Shown piece after piece: positions 21,751-34,194 of a stretch of DNA of 40,358 nucleotides. Within the stretch, counting starts at the first letter, position 1, and each line of letters begins with the position of its first letter. The position numbers and the translations under genes were made by a program. The notes under the pieces were generated by a model, which saw only the letters and a program-made list of their open reading frames with translations, was not told where the DNA came from and searched no databases. The DNA comes from Guillardia theta CCMP2712 (Eukaryota > Protista > Cryptophyta). The DNA is taken from assembly GCF_000315625.1 (NCBI RefSeq), contig NW_005434586.1, positions 14,790 to 55,147 on the forward strand, read 5' to 3'.

Positions 21751-24700
21751 TCAGTGATAGTGATCGAGCTCCTTCTGAAGCAGCGCATGAATGCTGTCGC
21801 CCTCCTCGAAGAGCGCACGAGCATTGGAAAGCCATCGCCTGCGAGAAAGTCACGCTGGACCGCCTCCCCTTCCTTTCCCTCCTGCCTCCTTTCTTGCTCT
21901 CCCCTCTCCCTTTCTCATCCTACGTCCATCTCGCTCTCTCTCCTCCCGCGTTCCCACCTTTTCCATTCATGCACAGCAGCCTCTCTCCCCTGCCCTCTCC
22001 CGATATCCTCTGTGTCCTCTCGCCTGCGTCCTCGTCAGCTTGATGCACAAGTGCGGAAAGAGAGGGATCGATAAGGAGAGCAGCGAGGGAGGAGGAGAAA
22101 GCAGAGAAGGAGAAGCGAGAGAGAGAAGGCAGCAAGGAGGGCAGGAAGGAAGATAAGGCAGAGAGGGAGGAGGTGGAGGGAGAGAAAGTAGAGAGGAAGG
22201 AGGGGAGATGTTCACCTGTGAGGAAGAGAATCTCCGACCATGTCTGAGAACAGTCGAAGGAGACGAGCGGGCCGGTGGGATAGCGTGATGTGTCGATGAA
22301 GTTGATTCCTCATCTCAGGAAGTCGCAAAAGACACTCGTTATCCCTGATAGATTGTCAGATACATCCAAAATAGTCCCATCGTTGTCGTCGTCGTCGTCA
22401 TCGTCATCATCAGATCATGTTGCTTCTGACCTGCATTCTGCGGCTGCCGCAGCCAAGTCATCCGCAGCCTCCGGCGAGATCATAAAGTTTGAAATCCAGA
22501 ACCCTTGAGTCTGCAAGGGAAGAAAAGTTCAAGACGGAGCGAGAGAGGGAGAAGCGAAAAGGAGAGCGAAGCGGCTAGTCTACGAGCAACCAAAGCTTGA
22601 ATAGAAAGGGAAGGGACAGCAGCGGGGAGGAGAGAAAGAACATTCTTAGCATGTCCGTCTCTCACCATGTGCCTCTCGATAGGGGTTGTAATGTCTCCGG
22701 CAAGCAGCTCCAGTGATTTGAACCACCTCCTTCCCTCCGCCTGCCCGCAGTCTCGTCTGACTTGTAACACCTGACAAGCGATAAGTTGCGATGTTGGAAG
22801 CCGGGGGAGGGACAGAAGGAGGGACAGAAGGAGGGGGAGAGGAGAAGGGGGGGGGGGCAGGAGAGGAGGAGGACAGCAAGGGGGTGCAAGGGAGGACCTT
22901 CACTTGTGCCTCTTCCAGCTTGAGTTGCTCGAAGCTGAGCTCTTCGCCTTCTCCAGCCGTCTGACTTTCAAGATGCGGCTGGTTGGTTCTCTCAGACGAG
23001 CTCGCAGAAAAACTCCCGTGCTCTTGCAAATCCGCCTGGGTACAAAGATCACGCTCCTATTTGTTCCCCCTGTTCATAATGCTCCTCCTGCTCTTGATTT
23101 TGCTCCTCTCTCTCTCCCTCCGAGTCTCGGAATTGTCGCTAATTCCCTTCTCTCATTCACCAGTCTCACACTCAGCTACTCGTTCTCCTGGAATAAATTC
23201 TAGAATTCTCCTCTCACCTGGTTATAAGCTGCAGTCGCCAGAAGGAGAGAGAGATAATCGTGAGCTGCCTCCTGTAACCGTTGATCATCCGAGGAGCCAA
23301 GGAGCAAGCAAGATGTGAGTCAAGCGCAAGAGAGAAGAAACAATGAAAACACTGTGAAGGATGTAGGAAAGCATAAGAAGAGGAAAAGATCACAGAAAGG
23401 CTGAGGAACGATAAGAGATGATGACACAAACCTCTCGGTATGGACGGTCTTTGGTTGATATCTGAACGCCCTTGTCCCTGATTAGCAGCTGGTACAAGGC
23501 TGACTTGCACAGAGCTCTGGTAACAGCTGGCCATTTCGATGTCCGCGACCCATGCAGGTACCAGACTCGCATCGGGATGTTGTTTTCAACCTGCTCGCAA
23601 GTCATCAGCCTCAGTCTCTCACATCCAAAACGTCCACCAGCTCTGCGCAGATCAAGACATTGCCACTGCAAGCTAGGCGTGCCGATTCGACGAAGGTAAG
23701 CCCCATGTGAAAGAGCTGGCCCATACCCCCGCCCGCTAGCTGCCTCAAGCTCACGTCCTCAAATAATCCCACAGTGTCCAGCGACGTCGAGATGAAGTAG
23801 TCGGCATTTCGCGTTGGCCTGCGCGTCCTCAGCAAGACGATTCTTGGGTCGCGGATGGACGCCACTTTGATGCATTTCTCAAAGACGAGGTACAGGAACA
23901 CCTCGTCCCCATGGAAGGAGCAGAGAGCTTCAAACATCGGAATGTTCCAGGCCACTGTTTCATCTTCATAGAGGATCAGTGACAGATTGTTTCCTTTCAG
24001 TCTTAAAATTCCGAGAGGAATAGCCTTCTGCCGAGATTGCACAGGTATAATAAATGATAGTGTGCGAACATCCTTTTCCTGGTACGAAACAGCCTGGTCG
24101 TGGGAAAAGCTCCAAGCACAATGAAAGTTTTCATCAACGTAATGTACAGTAGATCCATTCGAAAAAGCAATCGAGGCAGAAATCTCTGAGATGAAAAATA
24201 CCTGAATAACATTCAGAAAACGCTACAAAGCAAAAAGTGATTTACATGTTTTGCGTCACATGCTTTCTTTTGAAACGAAATGCTGGGTTTGAATTAGCAA
24301 CTTGTACTGTCAGAAGATGTGCGCACCTTTGCAACCCTTGCAAGGAACCCTCCTTCGAAATGAGGATATGGATACCAGAGCATGTGGCCACTGCTACCTT
24401 GTGCTCATTTCCTTCCCTTATTGACATACAAGATATCGCTTCTTGAGCAGGGTGGCGCCAGACTCTTGTAGTAGTTTCGCTCCAAGGAGCCTCAGAATCG
24501 ACTGAGCTGTAAACTTTGACGTAGCCATCTTGATCAGCAGCAAAAATTTCATTGCTGACTGAGACGTGAAGAGCGTTAATCCGATTGTTGGATGGAAACT
24601 GATTCACGACGGTTGCCTTCTTCAGGCAGTAGATAGACAAGGAGTGATTGACATACGCCCCGATCGACCCTCTCCAGCAGTTCACGCCTAAGACCAGCTC

Positions 24701-25190
24701 ACTCGGCTTTGGGATGACATGGGCGAAGGCTGCGATGCTCCCGGCGGTGGAGATAAGGCTGATGAAGTCTGACATGACAAAGTGCTCGACGGGGATCCGA
24801 GAACTTCTGAAAAGAAGCATCACAGGAGAGAAGAGGAACAGGGTTGAAGACACAGCACCTTCGGCATAATTCTATCTCAATCTCTTTTTTCAGGCTGTCT
24901 TGCACTTTGATTCTCGGTATTCCCCGTCCATCCTCCAGGATGTCGGAGTACAAGCTCTTGGCTGCAAGGGAAAGAGCTGGATCAACAACGCTTACATGCC
25001 GCAAAACGTGTTGCTCACCGATTTCTTGCTCGAAAGAGTTGCCCATCTGTCCTGCTCGCACGTGTCCAGCCCATTCCTTACAGACGAGGGACACCTTGCT
25101 GGCAAGCAGACACTTGTCGTGTACCACCTTCTCACCTTGGTCATCATGCCAAAGCTTCTCCAAGACGTAAAGCCATGGAACTGATGGCAT
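21751..25190 (-). CDS. F-box-like / WD40-like beta-propeller protein (may be more than one gene)
   Basis: N-terminal MPSVPWLYVLEKL...SKVSLVCKEW is F-box-like. Beta-rich repeats INALHVSVSNEIFAADQDGYVKVY and AISCMSIRE..VAVATCSGIHI. Probable last exon RWLSNARALFEEGDSIHALLQKELDHYH* (stop 21751-21753). Confidence 0.5.
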
Positions 25191-26631
25191 GGTCTCAGCA
25201 CTTCAGATGGCCTGAAGCATTCGCATAATCTGAAGAGCAAGAATGAGAAATTGATCGATCCGTGCATTTGCATTGACACAGCGAAATATAATCCGGAACA
25301 AGCACAGATATAAATCACGAGTGTATAGCATCAAGTCGGAGCATAATCATTCTCGACCAAACAAAAACAGTATGCAAAGGACATGATTCTGCATAAGTAC
25401 AGCAGGTCTGAGCACAATCACATCTAAGCGCATGTCCAAACATCATCTTCATAACAGTCTACAAAGCGTCTGAATGATAGTGAGAGTGATAATCTATCAA
25501 TCTCTCATTTGCTTTCATGCTTGAGACCACTGTATCCCATCAAGATTTCTTCTATCCTCTGTTTCCCGCCTTCCTTCACTCTCTCATCCTTTGCTACCTC
25601 CGCCATTCCCTCAACTTCCGCTGTTCATTCCCCCTTCCCAGGCAATGCAGGTGTATCGGGGTCAGGTAGTCCATGGACCGGTACTGCATGGATGTTTCTC
25701 TGGGCATCGTGGGGTACTTGGAACCACCGGTGTGTTTATAGGGCAAAGCATTCTACAGCACGGTGCCGCATGATGTAGATAGTAGGGGTGGGTGGAGGAC
25801 TCGATGTAAAGGATAGGTGGTGGGGTGGTATAACACCGAGGTCTTTGTACAGGGGTAGTACCTCCAAGGTCAAGTTCCCGGGTGTGAGAAAGCGCTAGGA
25901 AAAGGCCAAACCTCGTAAATCAAGTGACTGAAAATATCAGTTAATTAATGAATTCTATAGTAACACAAGAGCAGTGAACGGGTACCGGGCCGGCCGAACT
26001 GCCGGCGGGCCGGCGAGGGCCGGCCGGCAGTCCGGGAGCGAAGGGGCAGGAGAAGAGTCGGATATTGATAAAATGATTAAATGATTATCACAGTACCAGA
26101 GGATTTTAGTCATCAGAGTTGTAGTAGTAAAGCGCTGGGTTCGATGGAGTTCTAGCGGCTTCTAGAGGGGTTGATACGTGCTGAAGCAAAAGAATGACAA
26201 AATATTTCGAGTTCTTGTCCTTCGAATGTACATCTTCAAAATTCAAATTTAAACCAATAATTTGAACTGTTGTTGGAATCTTCAATTGATAAAAATGGTT
26301 TTCTTTATTATGTGCTTGTTTTAATCTCGCGTTTTAAAAGTACAAAATAAAATTTGTATAAGTTTACAACAGAGGCTTTTATACCCCATCAACTAGATGT
26401 ACCAGCCATGCTGACGCCTACTGATAACTTGTATAAAAGTCGACCCTTATTTATTAATGTTTTAAGGCATCTCGACATGGCGCTCGGGAGGAGCAGATAA
26501 TGTGCAGGCGTTGCGAAAGAGAGTGAGGGGGAGGACATGCCAGCAGAGACAGGCAGCTACAGGAGGTGACACCTTGCCTTGTTGAAAGCACACACACATA
26601 CCTCGAAACTCACCCGCGGAGTACGACGATA

Positions 26632-29031
26632 ATGTCCTGCACCCTTCCAGATTCCGAAGTGTCCGCTTCTCATCCGGATGATATCATCGGAGGTTTTGCA
26701 GACATAATGACGCATGGAGTGGAAAACAATGAAGACGGCGATGGGTTTGTGCTTGCATCATGTCCTTACTGCAAGAGAATATGCAAACACATGCTCGAAC
26801 AGAAGAATGAAATCCGAAAAGACCGGTTTGTGTGTGGGGGCTGCAACAAAAACACGTGCAAATGTGTGAAATTCACAGATTGCAAGGGAATGGCGAAATC
26901 GAATTTTCTCTGGGACGAGGCGCTTTGTCGCGGTTGCAACATGGCTGTTGAGAGATACTCCAACGGAGAGATTGGCCTAGAGGACCTAGTGAGGGAGATG
27001 AGCGCTGAAAACTCTCACTCGCCGGCGCCTAAGAAGCCTTACCGGCACAACGTGAACCCTGACGCCCTCTCCATGCTCGCCTACGTGTTCCTACCTCCCT
27101 TCGATGACAGCTCAGCTGAGAACCAGTCAGAGGCTGAGAGAGCTGAGGTTGTGGATGAATGCTCCTTCCACTTCGCGCTCGCGCAAGAAAAAGTCCGCGA
27201 GGACGGGGAATTGAATGTGTTTCATGAAGCAAATATGCGATACTTGCTTGATCAGCGCAGCAAGCGTGCGATCGTTAGGCTGGGGGCAACTAACATCGTG
27301 ACTCAAGGGTCTGATGAACAGCAGCGGGAGTATGTCGAGTGCGAGCTCACAGAGAGTTTGCGCAAATCCCTGAAAGCCAGTGAGGCCGTGGAGAAAATTC
27401 CAGAGGTTGTCGATGCTGCTGTGAGAGATGCCGTGAACAGAGGAAAAGCAGAAACGTGGGAGATCATGCGCGAAGCGCTGCTAACGTGGCCAGGGCCTGA
27501 ACGAAGGGATGTGGACAAGTATCGAGAAATGATCTGTCACAAGGTGAGAGTCTGATACGAATGCCAGTGAGTTGATTGACTTGTACACATTCAGACGTTC
27601 TTGAATCGTTGGCTCAAAGGATCCTCCAATGATCCAGTTTGGGCAATGAAGAGGATCTTGACTCACCTAAAATGGCGACAAGAGTACAAAGTAGATACGA
27701 TCATGGAGGAGGACTGGAGCGAGTATGATAAGCGTGGAGAGATGTATCCTTGTGGACTTGACAAGGATGGAAGACCGACCTGGACTTGGTAAGAAGAAGA
27801 ATTTTTTTGATCCTCCCACTGAAGCAAGTTTTGTGGATATAGGCACACTCAGAGGCATGGCAGGACTATAAACTCTGTTCCTCCTAACTCTTCTCCGGAA
27901 ATGGGCGCAAGATATCTTATCTGCACTCTTGAGCGGACATGGGCTATGAATCCCTCAGCGGACAGGATGAATGTGATCTGCAACTGTCAAAACTTGACGT
28001 TTTCAAACTATGAGCATGCGATGTGCCTCATATGTCTAGAGATCCTTGGTGAACAGTATCCTGACAACATGCAGTACTGCTTCATGTTTCCGGTTTGTCT
28101 TTTTTCACTTTCTCATCCCTTTGACTATTTTCCTTCAGGCTGGTTGGATCATGCAAGCGATCATGGCTATTGGACGGCCGATGATGTCAGATGAGACATA
28201 CCACAAGCATAAAATTCTTTCGTCTGACAAATACCGGGACTGTCTCGCCGAGCACTACGATAGGGATCAGGTTAGGATGCTCTTGTTTATCCCTTCCTCG
28301 AGCGATCTTGATTCATCTTCCAGCTGGAAGAAGATTTTGGAGGCACCCTTGACCCTGCTTCGAGTTTGAGACGGAGGTGGCTGTTGGAGGACCCGGCGAG
28401 GCTTCAGGAATGGCTGGCCGAAGAAGATGCAGCGCATCAATCATTCGCCCCTTCTGAGAAAGCCTGCGATCTTCAGAGGCAAGTGCTGCCCCATGACAAG
28501 AAGGACCTTGCAGGATCAAGCAGAGCAGCCCCGGCGCCCTGCAGCGAGCCGTTCGGCCATTGTCGGGACTTGTGGTCCCATGGTCGAGCTCGAACGCTCG
28601 AGCAGGGGGAGGAACCGGAGGGCTTGAGGGAGTCAGGCTGGCAAGAGGAGACTGAGGCGGCGCATGAGCGAAGGCTGAACTCTGAGTCATCTCATCGAGA
28701 GGTGGAGGACGCAAGCAGTGACGACCTGCCCGAGCCTGGGGACGACCATGGATCTCCAAGAGACGATGAAATCGCATGTGTTGAAGGGGAGGCTGCTCAG
28801 CCGGAGGCAGAACAGAGAATCTTTAAGTTAGGGCAACAGCCAGGAGAAGCTGAAGGAACAGCGTGCAACCCAGCCTCCCCTGTGCTCACCAGGAAGCTTG
28901 TGTTCTCGACAATGGGAGGATGGAAATTTGTCTCTTGTTGTGCTTCAGTGGCGGTTCAGTCCGGCGCCTGCGTTGGACGCAGCGTTGCGAAGGTACTGCG
29001 AAGCACGTGGGACTGGCTGAAGAGGAAGTGA
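26632..29031 (+). CDS. CRAL-TRIO (Sec14-like) lipid-binding protein with N-terminal Cys-rich putative zinc domain
   Basis: Spliced RFLNRWLK..AMKRILTHLKWRQEY..GEMYPCGLDKDGRP|..RYLICTLE..LEILGEQYPDNM|..GRPMMSDETYHK..|LEEDFGGTLD matches the Sec14/CRAL-TRIO pattern. Cys cluster at 26761-26937. Confidence 0.85.
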
Positions 29032-29293
29032 GTGGTGGCAGAGAAGTTCAGTGCTCAGGTTCTCTCTGCCATGATGAGTGAGGAAGAGGAGGAAGAAACG
29101 CGTGAGAGTGAGAATAAAGACTGTCAAGTACAACAAGAGTATGTGAACTCTATTTACTCGCCGTGCATCAGGCCATCCACTCTAGGAAAATTTCGGGTCT
29201 GCCTCAATTGAGAGATACTCTTGATGAAAAGGCAGCAACATCGATAGGGTGGAGTTCCACTGATCATATTGCTGCCCCATTTAGCAAGGTTCG

Positions 29294-31616
29294 ATGCGGC
29301 GCCCCATGTGGTCGTGTTGGGTGCTGGGGCTGGTAGCGATGTGGATGGAGGGAGGGGAAGAAGCGACGACATGCGAGACAGCGACCAGCATGTTGTATCC
29401 TCTCGATTCCTTGATCAGAAGAGCAGGAAGAGCAGATGGAAGTCTTGATCAAGGAGGACGCGCATTTTCGCAAGCAGGTTTATCGCGTTCAGGCGCAGCA
29501 GCGTTGTGTGCCGGAGCCAAGTGTCAACTAAGAGTCCGAGATGCTGGTCAGATATCTTGCCTCCGAGGAGGATCCTCGGAAGAGTCCTACTCCTCCGACA
29601 GTCTCCAGGACAGCTCAGGGTCTCATTCGCAGGCTACCGAGCTGTTCCGACAGATGGACGCAAAGGAGAGAGAGGACAAGGCTCGTGAGGAATTCAAGTC
29701 GAGGTTGGCTAAGAACGGAACAGACGTGGAGAAGCTGATCGCCTACGGGCTCATGGGAGATGGCGATACTCCTCACTCCATCGACTTCACCGCTGGGTTC
29801 CGATACTTTCCAGGGCTCGAACACTTCCCCCCGCACCCGCGCGAGGCAATCATGGGCACTAACGTTGACGACAAGGCAGAGCCCTACAAAGACTTTGTTG
29901 ATCTGATCTTAAAACCAGAGAATCTTCCTATACTCAAAGAAGCTGTCAAAGACAGCTTTATAGATACGTACAACAAGTTCTTCAACAAAACAAGGATAGA
30001 AGAGAAAAACTTGCAGAGACCAGAGAAAGAGAACAATTTCATCAACAGGATCAAGAAGAAGAAACTGAACTACAATTGGCTGAACACACCAGCCAGAGAC
30101 ATGAAGATGGAGTATTGGGTCCAGATGGACGAGTGGAAAATCAAAAAACGAGCGCGATTAGCTCTAGAGCAGTATCATAAGAAATGCCCTTCCGTGCTGT
30201 TCAACCTGACGTACGTGATGGAAGGAGAGGATGAGGACTCGCGGATGAAGCGCTTCATGCTCAGCTTCTTCAGCCTGGAGGAGGCGTATGAAGGCTGCCG
30301 CAGGGCCAGAGACCTTTTCTATGGACCCAAGTTGAGCGAGCTTGACCAGAACCTTCTGACAGCCGCCATGGACGGAGACTGGCGGCAAGTCGCTTTCTGG
30401 ATCAGGAGAGGAGCAGATGTGCATGCGCGGGACTTGAAGCTCGGAAGCAACTGGACCTCGCTGCATCACGCTGCCTTCTCCGGCTTCTCCGTCACCTCCC
30501 GCACGCTCGTCGAGCTCGGGGCTGACCTCTACGCGCGGGAGCCTTCCTTTCTCGATACTCCGTTGCATTTCGCTGCTGCTCAGGGGCACACGAAATGCGT
30601 CAAGACGTTAGTGGGCCTGGGGTGCCCCGTCGACATCACCAACGGCGATGGGAGGACGCCGCTGCATGAGGCTGCAGGGCGCGGACAAACTGACACCTGC
30701 GCAGCTCTCATTGAGCTGGGGGCAGACGTGAACGTCAAGTACAGAGGGGACGAGGAGCTGTGGGGGCTCTACGACGCGTGGACAAACACAGGAGCTACTG
30801 CACTGCACGATGCAGCAGAAAAAGGATATGACGCCACTTGCAAGCTGCTGCTGCAAAAAGGTGCAAGACTGCACGCGCTTGACTCTTGTATGTGCACTCC
30901 TCTTGATCGCACTGAGTATCACATGATACAAGAAGACCTGTTGGACGTCTGCTACCAAACGCACAAGTTGCTGAAAGGATGGGACGATGGCTCGATGCGC
31001 GACTACACGTCGGAAGTTGCAAGAAGTCCAGGAGAAGACGAGCTAGACAAGCTGCTGCATGCTGATGCAGGGTCGTTCAGCTTGAACTTCGAGTGGACTG
31101 ATGCACTCAACTACAACGGCATCGCCATCAACGCGTTGGATCGCGCGCGAAACTCGGAGTTCTACTCCATGTCGGACTATCATCGCTTTCGCTGCCCGTT
31201 GGCTCATCTTTGGTCGCAGAGAACTACCGAGACTGAAGGTTACGCTTGCGAGCTACCGGCAAAGACTGCAGGGGAAACGATCTCCGCATTTCGGGGAGGA
31301 GATAAACCCGGGGCACGTCATCAACTACGGGAACATGGCTGAGGGTCTCTTGTACTTTAGCCTGACGTGTGAGCAGGTCCATGGAGAGCATCATAGATAG
31401 GCGGTTCGAGTACCTCCTGGCTCACAACATGGTCCCCTCAGCTGACCGACGCCAAGGTTTGGAGCTGATGTTGTTACTCGAGGTGATCCTGTTTTAGCTG
31501 CGGTGGAAAGGGAATTGGAGGAAGCAAGAGCGATGAAGGAGGCAGTGGGCGAGGAGGAGGAGGAGGAGGAGGAGGAGGAGGCGAAGGAAGCAATTCGCTG
31601 CTATAGTGGGGTTTAA
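29294..31616 (+). CDS. Ankyrin-repeat protein with signal peptide and LRGG-containing leader (probably periplastid/endomembrane targeted)
   Basis: About five ankyrin repeats, including TSLHHAA, TPLHFAAAQGH, GRTPLHEAAGRG and GATALHDAAEKG. Hydrophobic N-terminus with CLRGG at 29558-29572. Short 3' introns extend the frame to ...EAIRCYSGV* at 31616. Confidence 0.88.
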
Positions 31617-31699
31617 ACGGCGGGAGCAATAAGCAGACTTATGATTGAAGGAGATATATTACATGGTGTGACAGTGTACAAGGAAGAAGTGTCGGAGAG

Positions 31700-32930
31700 T
31701 CATGTTGTCGGTTTTGTTCTCTTCGCTTCTGGTGGTTCGCAACCCTCCTGTCAAGATGTTAAGGAAGAGGAGAGTAGGTGGAGGAAGGAACAAGAGCAAC
31801 GCACATCAAGCTCATGCTTGCTTCCAGCTCTTGACTCTTCGAATTCCTGTCGAGCCTCCGGGCTCTGCACTCAATAGATTAAACGGGCAAGATTGCGGCG
31901 CCTATGGACGCAGAAAGCAAAGCAGTACATCGAGCGCGGATGGACTTTCGCGGGGAAGGGAGGAAGGGCTTTCTACTCCACGTGTCAACAACACGGCACC
32001 CGTTGAATTGCTAAGCAACTGTCTTTACCTTTCCTCTTCTCCGATGCCCTTCGGTCCCCGTACTTGCTTTCAGGATTCCACACAAACTCTAAGCTCCCCT
32101 CGAAGTCGTAGCCGTGACTATCACCACGTGAGCTGAGTCAAGAGAGCTTTAAGTTGGGGCACCTTCCTTTGCTCGTCCTCTTCGTCGGGAAGTAGCCGAG
32201 GCGTCGGAGCATCTGGTGGAACGAGTTGGGTTTGTACTGCTTCCCTTGTTTGCCCTTCATGAACCAAGCTTTCCTTCTCGAGTGCCAATCTTGCGCTCTT
32301 TCTTTTAACACGTTCCATCCCCGTATGCCTGCATGATTGGATCAGCTCAACGGCTCCTGTTCTCTGACCTCCACACCTTCAAGCAGCTCCGGCACTTTCC
32401 CCTGATAACGAACAACGATGCCCTCGACCTCCATTTGTCTCAAGAACACCAGGAATGGAACTGCTCCCGAACCCTGCACGCGACATTTCCCATCAACAAG
32501 ATGCGAAGCTACAGGTCGCTCTCACCTCACAACACGGTATCTGTTGCGCGAGGCAACCGGGCTGCTGGGATTGGTTCTGGTACAAGAACAAGTTTTTCAT
32601 ATCGAAGCCTGAAGAAAAAGCACACGCCTGATGCGACAAGATTGAAAAGTTTGGCAGGGCTTGCGGGTAATCGAGAGAAATACTTGCAACACCACTATCA
32701 AGTTGTTTCCGCATTGCCAGGAGGCTGATTGTTGAGGGCTGAAGGCAGACATTCTGTAACAAGGGACATACTCCGTTCGCTGTCTTCATGCTCAGCGGTC
32801 GATCCAGCGTCAAGGCCTTGACCACTGCGATGCTAGGGAGCCTCGGGCTCTCAGGTGAAACACGTAGAGGCTGAACCTTGTCCTCGGGCTGTGTGATGAT
32901 ACTTGCCATGTTGTCTATGAAGAAACCCAT
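31700..32930 (-). CDS. Putative transcription factor with divergent HSF-like winged-helix domain
   Basis: Spliced AVPFLVFLRQMEVEGIVVRYQGKVPELLE|GIRGWNVLKERAQDWHSRRKAWFMKGKQGKQYKPNSFHQMLRRLGYFP..|..SLEFVWNPESKYGDRRASEKRK follows the HSF DBD pattern (PFL..L / F.V / SF.RQL..YGF / EF.HP / IKRK). C-terminal NLS-like PPEAKRTK. Confidence 0.55.
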
Positions 32931-34194
32931 GGAGTACAACCGCCTGTCACGATCAATCAGTTGCACTTCAAAGTTCTATCTTGTTCTCTCAATCTTTAGT
33001 TAGGTGTCTCTTCTGCCCCATTTGGATTAAGTACCCTCATCATGCGTTCTCAGGCATTGCCGTCCTAGTAGCCACAGCTCTCATTCGATCGTTTTCATCC
33101 TGCCCTCTCATAATTCTCTAATCCTAGAAACTTCTGAAGCTCACAGACCTTCATCATCATCATCTCAACATCTCTTCCTCACATCCTATCACCGCTTGAC
33201 TGTCCTCGATCCTCACTCCTCTTTCTTCCTCGCGCATAGGCACTCCCTCAAACACCCCTCTTCTGCTGTTTTCTAGACGCCGATCTTTACCCCTCTCTAC
33301 CACCCCCAATTTCCGTACCCCCACCTCTTTCTTGTACCCCCCATCACATACCACCCTACCAATTAAATCCAAACCATCGCTGTCCCCCGATTTCTCCATA
33401 GAAAGGTGGGGTTATTCCATCAAGGGATCCTCACAGATATACTGGGGGTGGTATGGTGGGTAGCCTCAAGATCCTAAGGGTACCAGGGGGTAAATTGGGA
33501 AGGGGGTCAGGTGGTTGGATGTTGGACACTGAAAAGAGGATAAAAAAAAAGAAAAAAAAAGGTGGGTGCCGGGGGGGAAACGTATCGCCGAGCCTTCAGT
33601 AAGGGGGGTGGGGTACTCGAGGGAGAGCAACAAAGGGATTGAAAAAAAAACAGACAGGTGGGGTCGGTTCCTCAAACGTGCCGTGACACAATGGGGTGTA
33701 CGACGGAGGGTGGGTGGGGGGTGGGGTGATGTTATCACCCCCCCCCCTCGAGCGACATCACGTTTCTGGGGAATGGAGGTGGTAGTGTGGGAGCCATGGT
33801 GAGAAAATTGAATTTGACCAGCTGTAGTAAAAGAGACCGACCTAGTTGAAGGTACTCTAGACCTGGTGGGGTACACAATATTTTACCACAAAACTTACTA
33901 CAAATTTTTACAACTGTCACGGGGCAATCATGGTCCATTAATTTTTACTCATCGAATAAGATAGAATTGTTAGTGTGTAAAGATCTTTTAAAGGACAGCA
34001 AAAAAAAGCATGGGAGGATTTGTCTATATCTTCTTTGCTGCCTTGGGTGACAACCTGATCACTCAACGTCAGGTTGGGCCCCGAAGCCCCGGGCGAGACC
34101 CGCCACTGAACAGATCCTTAAAACATCTTTACTCAATATGACCGCCATGGTGCGCAGTTGGGGCGGATGAGAAACACAGGGTTCTTTCACAGGC

